This document shows, piece after piece, positions 1-7,199 of a stretch of DNA of 64,000 nucleotides. The stretch is from an uncultured bacterium. GTDB taxonomy: Bacteria; Patescibacteriota; Saccharimonadia; UBA4664. A program made the translations under genes and the position numbers. Where the stretch lies: NCBI GenBank assembly GCA_963720265.1, contig CAVRET010000001.1, forward strand, positions 69,916 to 133,915, in the 5' to 3' direction. The notes below the pieces were generated by a model. That model was given only the letters and a program-made list of their open reading frames with translations, was not told the origin of the DNA and did not search any database. Position 1 is the first letter of the stretch; every line of letters starts with the position of its first letter.

Positions 1-554
1 AGGCGTATTCGGGCCAGCCGTGGTACACCGGCGATACGTACAACATCGCGGTGGGGCAAGGTGATTTGTTGGTGAGCCCCTTGCAGATGGCGATGGCGAT
101 CGCGGCGGTCGGCAACGGTGGCACATTATACAAGCCGGAGCTGGTGAGCGAAATTACCAACGCGGCCGGCAAGGTGGTGAGACGGATTGAGCCACAGGTC
201 GTGCGCAAGAATATTGCGAGTCCCTCGACGCTCGCGACCGTGAAGCAGGGGATGGAGCTGGCAGTAACCGAGCCGCAGGGCACGGCCTGCTGCTTTATTA
301 GGGTGCAGGTGCCGGTGCCGGTGGCAGCCAAGACCGGTACGGCTGAAACTGTGGTGCACGATACCGGCGCAAACCCCGACCAGCAGAGCAAGCCGGACGC
401 GTGGTTTGAGGCGTTTGCGCCGGCTGACAACCCAACCATCGCGATCGTGATCTTGCTCGAGAATTCCGGTGAAGGGGCGTCGTTTGCGGCGCCGGCGGCC
501 CGCGAGACCCTAGCCTGGTACTTTACGCAAGGGGCTGGAGCTGCGCAGCACTAG
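1..554 (+). CDS. Class B penicillin-binding protein (PBP2-like transpeptidase), C-terminal fragment; the 5' end lies outside the window
   Basis: The frame is open from position 3. It contains GDTYNIAVGQG and KTGTAE transpeptidase motifs, and the stop is at 552-554. Confidence 0.7.
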   Translation, partial: AYSGQPWYTGDTYNIAVGQGDLLVSPLQMAMAIAAVGNGGTLYKPELVSEITNAAGKVVRRIEPQVVRKNIASPSTLATVKQGMELAVTEPQGTACCFIRVQVPVPVAAKTGTAETVVHDTGANPDQQSKPDAWFEAFAPADNPTIAIVILLENSGEGASFAAPAARETLAWYFTQGAGAAQH

Positions 555-705
555 GCTCGAAGTTTTCCACATGCCGATGTGAAAGCGTTTTGTTTGTCAT
601 TGCGATATTTTGCCATTTTGAAGCCACTTATTTTTGTCTGACAATAATAACTATTGACGCTTTTTAGACCTAAGAGCATCATTGGAAAGCACAAATTACT
701 ACCTA

Positions 706-730
706 CTCGGGGCCCCCCGAGGATTTTTTT
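706..730 (+). terminator. Rho-independent terminator downstream of the PBP gene
   Basis: The stem ctcgggg / ccccgag has a 2-nt loop and is followed by gattttttt. Confidence 0.6.
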
Positions 731-772
731 CACCCTTTACACAACGCTTACGTTTAGACAAGGAGTAACACT

Positions 773-1240
773 ATGAATGCAACTAAAAATGAATTTCATC
801 TGACAGCTGACGGTCTGCAGGCGCTTAAAGACGAACTGCAGGAACTCACAACAAAGAAGCGGGGCGAGATTGCTGAGCGGCTGAAAGAGGCCAAGGCCGA
901 TGGTGACCTGAGCGAGAACGCGATGTATGATGCGGCGCGCGATGAGCAGAGCTTTGTTGAGGGACGGATTGCGGAGATTGAGCACATTTTGAAGCACGCA
1001 ACGGTTATCACCAGTAAGGGCAAGGGGACTGTGTCGCTGGGCTCGAAGGTGAAGCTCGAACTTGAGGACGGCGAGCAGGAATACGTTATCGTGGGCCCGA
1101 CCGAGGCTAATCCGGACAGGGGTTTCATCTCCGACCAGTCGCCGATCGGCAAAGCGTTGCTTGGCAAGAAGCAAGGTGATGAAGTGACGGTGGACGTGCC
1201 GTCCGGGACCATGACGTACAAGATTAAGCACGTGGCGTAA
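773..1240 (+). CDS. greA: Transcription elongation factor GreA
   Basis: A 155-aa protein with an N-terminal coiled-coil and a C-terminal FKBP-like GreA domain. It contains DLSENAMYDAARDEQ and a C-terminal GxxxxSPIGxALLGKKxGDxV motif. An AGGAG-like RBS lies upstream. Confidence 0.9.
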   Translation: MNATKNEFHLTADGLQALKDELQELTTKKRGEIAERLKEAKADGDLSENAMYDAARDEQSFVEGRIAEIEHILKHATVITSKGKGTVSLGSKVKLELEDGEQEYVIVGPTEANPDRGFISDQSPIGKALLGKKQGDEVTVDVPSGTMTYKIKHVA

Positions 1241-1295
1241 TTCGCTGCTACGGCGTGCGAATGCCTTGCGCTCCATCCGAGGCTTGAACACTAGG

Positions 1296-1309
1296 TACAT
1301 TCGAATGTA
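1296..1309 (+). promoter_or_regulatory. Perfect 14-bp palindrome (tacattcgaatgta) overlapping the putative -35/-10 region of the lysK promoter; candidate operator
   Basis: Seen directly. TTGAAC at 1284 and a taataat -10-like element flank the palindrome. Confidence 0.3.
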
Positions 1310-1405
1310 ATAATCGCTCGTAGTCGCGACTAGCATCCACACATCTGTGCAGCGGGGCGCCACATCGGCTTTAATCGTTAGCCTCAGGGAGAGAATTCAG
1401 GTAGA

Positions 1406-2977
1406 ATGGGCGGCATGAGTCGACCCGCAAGTAATTATTGGCTGGATCAGATCGTTGCGCAGATTATGGAGGCGCGGCCGGACGGCGAGATTGTGGTCGA
1501 GAGCGGGCACGCGCCTTCGGGCTATTATACCGTTGGAACGCTGCGCGAAGTGCTAACGGCCAGCGCCATTGCGTTGAGGCTCAACCAGTTGGGCCGAAAG
1601 GCCAAACACATCGATTTTGTGGACGATTTTGACGCTTTTCGCAAGGTACCGGCAGGTGTACCCGAGGAATGGAAACAATACATCGGCATGCCGCTGTACC
1701 TGGTGCCAGATCCGACCGGCAAGCATGGGTCGTGGGCAGAATGGCTGACAGGCGAATTTTATGGTGCGCTTGAGCAGATGGGACTCGATGCTGAAATCCG
1801 GTGGGCGCATGAGGAATATCCGGCTGGGAGGTTTACGAAACACATTGAGTTGGCACTGGAACAGATGGACAAAGGGCGGCAGATCATTACTGATTTGAGT
1901 AAACGAGAGCTGCCGGAGAATTGGTCGCCGGTGCAGATTTTGAGTGACGCTAATAATCTGCGTGAATGGGAGTTTGCGGGTTGGGACAAGGCCCGCCAGG
2001 TGGTGAAATGGCGCGACCAGGGCGGCAAAACCGGCGAGGTGCCGTATGATACCGGCCGAGTGAAGCTGGATTGGCGGTTTGACTGGCCGGCGCGGTGGGA
2101 CGCGCTGGGGGTAGATGTGGAGCCGTTTGGACGAGATCATGCTTCGAGCGGCGGCTCATATGACACGGGTGCGGCGATTGTGAAGCAGATTTTTGGCGGA
2201 GAGGCGCCGATTCCGGTACCTTATGACTTTATTAACCAGGTGGGGGAGACGAAAAAAATTAGCAAGTCAGCCGGCAATGCCATGACGGCGGCGGGCGTAC
2301 TGGAGATTATGCCGGGCGAAATTGTGCGCTATTTTATCTTGAAGTCATTGCCAGGCCGGCAATTGGTGTTTGATTCGGGACTCGGACTATACCGGCTGAT
2401 AGACGAGTATGCCAAGGTGCAGCAAGAAGTAGCCGCTGGTGGCCATCCGGAGTTGGAAGAGGCCTACCGGGTGGCGGCCGCTCAGACCGATCAGCAAACA
2501 ATTTCCAGCGTGCCGTTTGGGCACTTGGTGCAGTGCTACCAGGCGGCTGGAGGCGACATGGCGAAGACGCTTATGATCCTTACGCGAACCGGCTATGGTG
2601 AAGTGGTGCAGCGCGAACGGGCTGTTATTGAGCGCGAGCTTGGACTTGTGGCCAATTGGCTTGATAAGTACGCGCCTGAGAGCGTGAAGTTTAGTTTGCA
2701 GACTGAGCTGCCAAAGGTGGAGCTAACGGATGTGCAGCGAGTGTTTCTCGGTAAACTGGCGGATACATTGGAGCATGAGCCGGCGAAGAACGGCCAGGCG
2801 ATGCATGATGCTATTTATGCGGCCGCAACAGCGGCTGAGTGTAAGCCGACAGCGGCTTTTGTGGCTCTGTATAGAGTGATTATTGGCAAAGATGCGGGAC
2901 CAAAAGCCGGTTGGTTTTTGGCTGAGCTGGACCATGACTGGCTGATTGCGCGGTTACGTGCTGGTGTGAAAGCGTAG
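1406..2977 (+). CDS. lysK: Lysyl-tRNA synthetase, class I (archaeal-type)
   Basis: The protein is 523 aa and contains VESGxxPSGYxxVGxxRE, DDFDxFRKVP, PDP and a KISKS (KMSKS-like) motif. Its C-terminus reads LYRVIIGKDAGPK...LIARLR. It is colinear with Pyrococcus/Borrelia class I LysRS. Confidence 0.85.
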   Translation: MGGMSRPASNYWLDQIVAQIMEARPDGEIVVESGHAPSGYYTVGTLREVLTASAIALRLNQLGRKAKHIDFVDDFDAFRKVPAGVPEEWKQYIGMPLYLVPDPTGKHGSWAEWLTGEFYGALEQMGLDAEIRWAHEEYPAGRFTKHIELALEQMDKGRQIITDLSKRELPENWSPVQILSDANNLREWEFAGWDKARQVVKWRDQGGKTGEVPYDTGRVKLDWRFDWPARWDALGVDVEPFGRDHASSGGSYDTGAAIVKQIFGGEAPIPVPYDFINQVGETKKISKSAGNAMTAAGVLEIMPGEIVRYFILKSLPGRQLVFDSGLGLYRLIDEYAKVQQEVAAGGHPELEEAYRVAAAQTDQQTISSVPFGHLVQCYQAAGGDMAKTLMILTRTGYGEVVQRERAVIERELGLVANWLDKYAPESVKFSLQTELPKVELTDVQRVFLGKLADTLEHEPAKNGQAMHDAIYAAATAAECKPTAAFVALYRVIIGKDAGPKAGWFLAELDHDWLIARLRAGVKA

Positions 2978-3073
2978 AGTCCGGGCCAGGCGCTTGACCT
3001 TACACCCCCAGGTAGGGTATGAAATGTAGACTGGCGCCGGCCAGTTTTTGCTCGAGTGGTCGAGTAGGCCGAA

Positions 3074-3331
3074 ATGGACCTTAACATTCTGTTGGAGAGC
3101 AGTGCAGTGATCGTTGACGGCGAGCTGGTGCTCATCTATAGCCAGCTGATTGCCGCCAGTCTGGGCCATACTATTGTGGTGCCCCAGTATGGTCTGATGT
3201 ACCCCTGTTACCATTGCCAGTTTGCTACCCCGAACCGACTTGTGTGGCCGGGGCCGGTTGTACGATACGTCGAGGCGTTTTGCAGGCTCTGCTTTAAAGA
3301 GCTGTTGCGGGTAGGACCGAGAAGTGGCTAG
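3074..3331 (+). CDS. Hypothetical small protein (85 aa)
   Basis: ORF only. It lies in the 0.9-kb lysK-serS spacer and has no recognisable domain. Confidence 0.2.
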   Translation: MDLNILLESSAVIVDGELVLIYSQLIAASLGHTIVVPQYGLMYPCYHCQFATPNRLVWPGPVVRYVEAFCRLCFKELLRVGPRSG

Positions 3332-3355
3332 CGCGACCAGGTACTTGAGAAGGTA

Positions 3356-3667
3356 ATGCGTTCCCGTGCCATCCCGCACCGCCGTACGTTTACGGGTGTG
3401 CAGCAGGATGCAGAGCGGGCTCGGGATCGCCGCGAGCATCAGTTTGAGCTCGTCGTGGCTCGTTTGCGGCCGCAGCTTCCGGCTGAGCCGCCGTCGGTTG
3501 CCGAGTTGCAGTCTGCGCAGCCTGAAGGTGTTGCACAGCCATCTGAGCCGGCGGCTCCTGTCCCGACGGCCAGCCAGGTGGCCGCCAGGCTGGCGGTGGG
3601 TGCGGCTGAGCTAGCTGCAGCCGCACTGGACGGTATCGGGTCCGTAGAGGGGGTAAAGAAGGAGTGA
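3356..3667 (+). CDS. Hypothetical small Ala/Pro-rich protein (103 aa)
   Basis: The ORF ends 5 nt before a strong hairpin terminator (3673-3719). It has a weak GAAGG RBS and no recognisable domain. Confidence 0.3.
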   Translation: MRSRAIPHRRTFTGVQQDAERARDRREHQFELVVARLRPQLPAEPPSVAELQSAQPEGVAQPSEPAAPVPTASQVAARLAVGAAELAAAALDGIGSVEGVKKE

Positions 3668-3672
3668 GCAGA

Positions 3673-3719
3673 GTCCGGGCTGCGCGCGGTATGCGTGCGG
3701 CCCGGACCCCCGGTTTTTG
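3673..3719 (+). terminator. Hairpin terminator-like element
   Basis: An 8-bp stem gtccgggc / gcccggac has an 18-nt loop and is followed by ccccggttttt. Confidence 0.45.
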
Positions 3720-3875
3720 AGGTATACTTGAGGCACAATGTTGGAAGTGCGAACGCATTCGAAGAGTGAGTGGATTAAGGTTGGTACGGCCGGGGCCTTA
3801 CCGGTGTCGCCTGCGGGCGTGGTATAGTCATTTTTCTTAAGCCCGTTTGACACATCAGATAAGAAGGAAACGGTC

Positions 3876-5180
3876 ATGATTGATATTAAATTCTTGCGGG
3901 AGCATCCGGATGAGGTGAAAGCTGCTGCCAGAAACAAGAATGCCGAGGTCGGTGACAAAGATATTGATAAGCTCCTGGAACTGGATTCACAGCGGCGGGA
4001 GCTTTTGGGTGAAATTGAAGATGTGCGCCGAGAGCGCAATGCGCTCGCTGACAGTCTGAAAAAGGCTAAACCGAGCGAGGAGCAAATTGCGCGGGGCAAG
4101 AAGTTGCGGTTTGATTTGGGCAGCCTCGAAGACAAGTACGCCAAAATTGATGGTGAATATCTGGCAATTTTGAAGCTTGTGCCGAACATTCCGACCGCGG
4201 ACGTGCCGATTGGTAAGAGTGAAGACGAGAACGTGGTGTCGAAAACAGTGGGGGAGGTGCCAAAGTTTGATTTCGAGCCCAAGAACCACTGGGAGCTGGC
4301 CGAAGCACACGGCTGGATGGACAAGGAGCGGGCGGCCAAGGTGACGGGTGCGCGGTTCGTTTATTTGAAGGGGAGCTTGGTGCGGCTACAGTTTGCGCTG
4401 ATGCAGTTTGTGTTAGATACGCTTACTAATGAGGGAACGCTGAAGAAGCTTGCGGCCGATAATAAGCTCAATGTGAGCCCGAAGCCGTTTGTGCCGGTGT
4501 TGCCGCCGTTTATGATCCGGACCGAATTGTACGAAGCCATGGACCGGCTGGAGCCGCGCGACGACCGCTACAAGATCGAGGATGAAGATTTGTGGCTGCA
4601 GGGCAGTGCCGAGCACGTGTTGGGTCCGATGCACGCCGGCGAGATTTTTGATGAGGCGGATTTGCCACTGCGGTACTTGGGTTATGCCACGAGCTTCCGG
4701 CGCGAGGCCGGCACCTATGGCAAGGATACCGAAGGCATGTTCCGCATGCACCAATTTGACAAAATGGAGATGGAGAGCTTTACAACCCCGGAGCAGTCAT
4801 TGGATGAGCACTTATTTTTCATTGCCATCCAAGAGTACTTAATGCAAACGCTTGAAATTCCGTATCATGTGCTGATGAAATGTACGGCTGATATTGGTAA
4901 ACCTAATGCCAGGGGTGTGGATATTGAGGCGTGGCTGCCGGGCCAAAACAAGTATCGCGAGACCCATACGGCCGATTATATGACGGACTACCAGACTCGG
5001 CGGCTCGGTGTGCGAGTGCGGCGCGCGAACGGTGAGCTGGTGCTCGCCCACACCAACGATGCGACGGCCTTTGCGATGAGCCGCACGCCGATTGCCATTC
5101 TCGAAAATTACCAGCAGGCCGACGGTACGGTGCGCGTGCCAAAGGCGCTCGTTAAATATTATGGAGGCGAAACGTTATGA
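3876..5180 (+). CDS. serS: Seryl-tRNA synthetase
   Basis: A 434-aa protein with an N-terminal coiled-coil arm and class II core motifs (FRREAG, HQFDKMEMESF). A GAAGGAAAC RBS is present. Confidence 0.92.
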   Translation: MIDIKFLREHPDEVKAAARNKNAEVGDKDIDKLLELDSQRRELLGEIEDVRRERNALADSLKKAKPSEEQIARGKKLRFDLGSLEDKYAKIDGEYLAILKLVPNIPTADVPIGKSEDENVVSKTVGEVPKFDFEPKNHWELAEAHGWMDKERAAKVTGARFVYLKGSLVRLQFALMQFVLDTLTNEGTLKKLAADNKLNVSPKPFVPVLPPFMIRTELYEAMDRLEPRDDRYKIEDEDLWLQGSAEHVLGPMHAGEIFDEADLPLRYLGYATSFRREAGTYGKDTEGMFRMHQFDKMEMESFTTPEQSLDEHLFFIAIQEYLMQTLEIPYHVLMKCTADIGKPNARGVDIEAWLPGQNKYRETHTADYMTDYQTRRLGVRVRRANGELVLAHTNDATAFAMSRTPIAILENYQQADGTVRVPKALVKYYGGETL

Positions 5181-5590
5181 TCCGATTTGACGTATCCGGC
5201 CGAAATTATGAGGTGGATGAGAAGCTACGAGACTATATTGACGAAAAGCTGGGTGGACTGGAACGTTATGTGCCCAGGGGCGTGCGGGCATCGGTGCGGG
5301 GCGAAGTAGTGCTCGAAGACGATGCTAGCGGCCGCGAGGATAATCGCTACGTATGTGAGGCGATCGTGATGATACGAGGCGACCGGCTGATGAGCCGCGA
5401 GGGCACACTCAATATGTACGCGGCGATCGACATTGTTGAGGAAAAATTAAAAGCCCAGCTGGTTAAATATAAGGAAAAGCACAGTTTTGGGCCGCGGCGG
5501 GAGCGGATGTTGTCACGTTTCCTGGGGCGGCGCAGTGAGGCCGAGGCGGGCGAGCCAGGCGCAACGGAAGAGGCTGAAGAAGCGGCCTGA
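5177..5590 (+). CDS. hpf: Ribosome hibernation promoting factor / ribosome-associated inhibitor A family
   Basis: A 137-aa protein with the YfiA/HPF fold signature (MIRFDVSGRNYEVDEKLRDYIDEKL). Its ATGA start overlaps the serS stop. Confidence 0.85.
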   Translation: MIRFDVSGRNYEVDEKLRDYIDEKLGGLERYVPRGVRASVRGEVVLEDDASGREDNRYVCEAIVMIRGDRLMSREGTLNMYAAIDIVEEKLKAQLVKYKEKHSFGPRRERMLSRFLGRRSEAEAGEPGATEEAEEAA

Positions 5591-5675
5591 CCGGCGAGAA
5601 GTCTAGCTTTTGCGCTCCTCTATGATCTGATATGATGCTGACACTCGGTCCATCCACACAATGGAAGGAGCCCAT

Positions 5676-6257
5676 ATGGCTGCTCAGCCTGGGGCGGGCG
5701 GCGACCAGCCTGTAGATGTTCTACCACAACTCGAAGCACTAGCGTTGGCTTGTGCGTCTGGTTCGCCAGAGCGAGAGAGGCTCGAGGAGGTGCTGGCCTT
5801 CGCGCGAGAGCTCCAAGGCCGCTCCCCAAGTCTCTCTCAAGTGGCCGAAACCCGAGGCACGTCCGTGTCGAGACTGCTTGCTGGGGCGTTTGGCCGCATG
5901 GGGGTCAAAAGGCCGGTGCCGCCGATCGCAGAACCTATGCCGCTCCCCGCGGGGGGAACCCATCAGTTTGGGCTCATCGCGATGAAAGTAGATCGGCGTC
6001 TCTGCTTGGTGAATGGTATTCCGACGCAGCGGCTTACCCCAATAGAGTTCTCTGTTTTGTTGCTGCTCGTGGCAGCACGAGGGCTCGTTGTAACTCGAGA
6101 GCAGATTTGTTCGACGATTTGGGGGCGGCCGGAGCACGAAATGGGTCCGAGTCTCAATCAGAGCGTCACGCAAATTCGTCGCAAGCTCGAACGATATGCG
6201 GGACTGCTCGGGAGCGACCCAAGGGTGGGATACTATGTGAAGGAGACGCTCGAGTAG
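5676..6257 (+). CDS. Orphan OmpR/PhoB-type winged-helix transcriptional regulator (C-terminal Trans_reg_C domain, no receiver domain)
   Basis: The C-terminal segment LTPIEFSVLLLLVAARGLVVTREQICSTIWG...SLNQSVTQIRRKLE...GYYV matches the OmpR DNA-binding domain. The N-terminal 100 aa lacks receiver Asp residues. The second ATG at 5676 has a GGAAGGAG RBS 5 nt upstream; the tracker start is 5661. Confidence 0.6.
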   Translation: MAAQPGAGGDQPVDVLPQLEALALACASGSPERERLEEVLAFARELQGRSPSLSQVAETRGTSVSRLLAGAFGRMGVKRPVPPIAEPMPLPAGGTHQFGLIAMKVDRRLCLVNGIPTQRLTPIEFSVLLLLVAARGLVVTREQICSTIWGRPEHEMGPSLNQSVTQIRRKLERYAGLLGSDPRVGYYVKETLE

Positions 6258-6482
6258 CCATTCTGTGGTCGGCCCCAAGGCTGACCAATGCTGTTGCTGC
6301 AGTTTCGGAAACCCGGTCGGGCCGGAGGCGCTCGGCCGGGTTGAGGCGTTTTTCAGGCTAAGAGGAGTAGCTTTTTTACGATGGTGCCGGTGTATCGTTC
6401 CGGTAGATAGCCTGTTCAGATTCAAGAATTTTGGTATTATTGGTGTCATTCCATTCACAAGGCCGGAAGGGCGGGATGATAC

Positions 6483-7050
6483 GTGACCGGAACGGACGGA
6501 ATAGACACGGACGCGGTTCGTGCCGCGACGGGGCTGTTCGCCGAATTTGCTCAAGCCCAATCAGATCTCCACGAAGATGCAAGTGTATCTCAAGAACTGT
6601 GGTTGTCGGCAGGGTTGGTGGCATCTCATTACGAACGGCTCAATGAGCTAGCTAAATCCCTGGGCGTGACAGTGTCGGATTTGCTCCAGCTGTTGCTCAA
6701 TGATGCGAAGGAGTGGGCGAGGAAGCGCGCCGAGGCAGCAGACCAGGTGTACCGAGTGGGACCGTTCGAGATCGACGTGCGTCATAACACCATCAAGATT
6801 GATGGTGTTATGTTCACCGGAGTAACGCCGATGGAGTTTGAGCTTCTGCTGGCTTTGGTGGAAGAAGGCGGTAGGTCCTGCGCTCGCGACTGGCTACTGG
6901 AGCGCGTTTGGGGGGAGTCAACATTACGACAGGGGCACTCTCACGGTCCATGTGAACCGTCTTCGGGACAAGCTTGGAGCACAGGGCTTTTCGCGCAATC
7001 TGATTCTGACCGAGGTGGGGTTCGGCTACAAATGTGCGCTCGAGGCGTGA
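6483..7050 (+). pseudogene. Paralogous OmpR-type winged-helix regulator disrupted, or phase-shifted, by a frameshift in a G6 homopolymer
   Basis: Frame 0 (6483...) encodes VTPMEFELLLALVEEGGRSCARDWLLERVWGES. The remainder of the domain (TLTVHVNRLRDKLGAQGFSRNLILTEVGFGYK) continues in the -1 frame from the gggggg tract at 6910-6915. Removing one G restores a full trans_reg_C domain. Confidence 0.55.
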
Positions 7051-7199
7051 GCCGAGGCCGGCTCGGAGATCCTGGCGATGTTCATGGCGAGTGCGATTCG
7101 GCCGGCCGTGAGGTCGGCCGAATCGCTGGGTAGTTTGGAGTAGCAGTGGCTCGGTGCTAAACTAACGGGGTAGGGCCGGAAGGGGGCCTTTCTTTTACG

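Noticed and set aside
737-1363. 208-aa ORF on the - strand overlapping greA
   Set aside because: It is antisense to the well-conserved greA, has no motifs, and is Arg/Leu-rich shadow sequence.
1553-2140. 195-aa ORF on the - strand inside lysK
   Set aside because: It is antisense to class I LysRS, which is collinear with known homologues.
2976-3680. 11-mer agagtccgggc repeated at both ends of the lysK-serS spacer, as a possible MITE or insertion boundary
   Set aside because: Two copies of a GC-rich 11-mer plus a local hairpin are not strong evidence. There are no longer terminal inverted repeats or target-site duplication, so this is probably chance plus a terminator.
3611-4339. 242-aa ORF on the - strand overlapping the serS 5' region
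   Set aside because: It is antisense to serS and has a Ser-rich low-complexity composition.
5739-6560. 273-aa ORF on the - strand spanning the two OmpR-type regulator genes
   Set aside because: The + strand frames contain a recognisable trans_reg_C domain. The minus ORF is an Arg/Pro-rich shadow.
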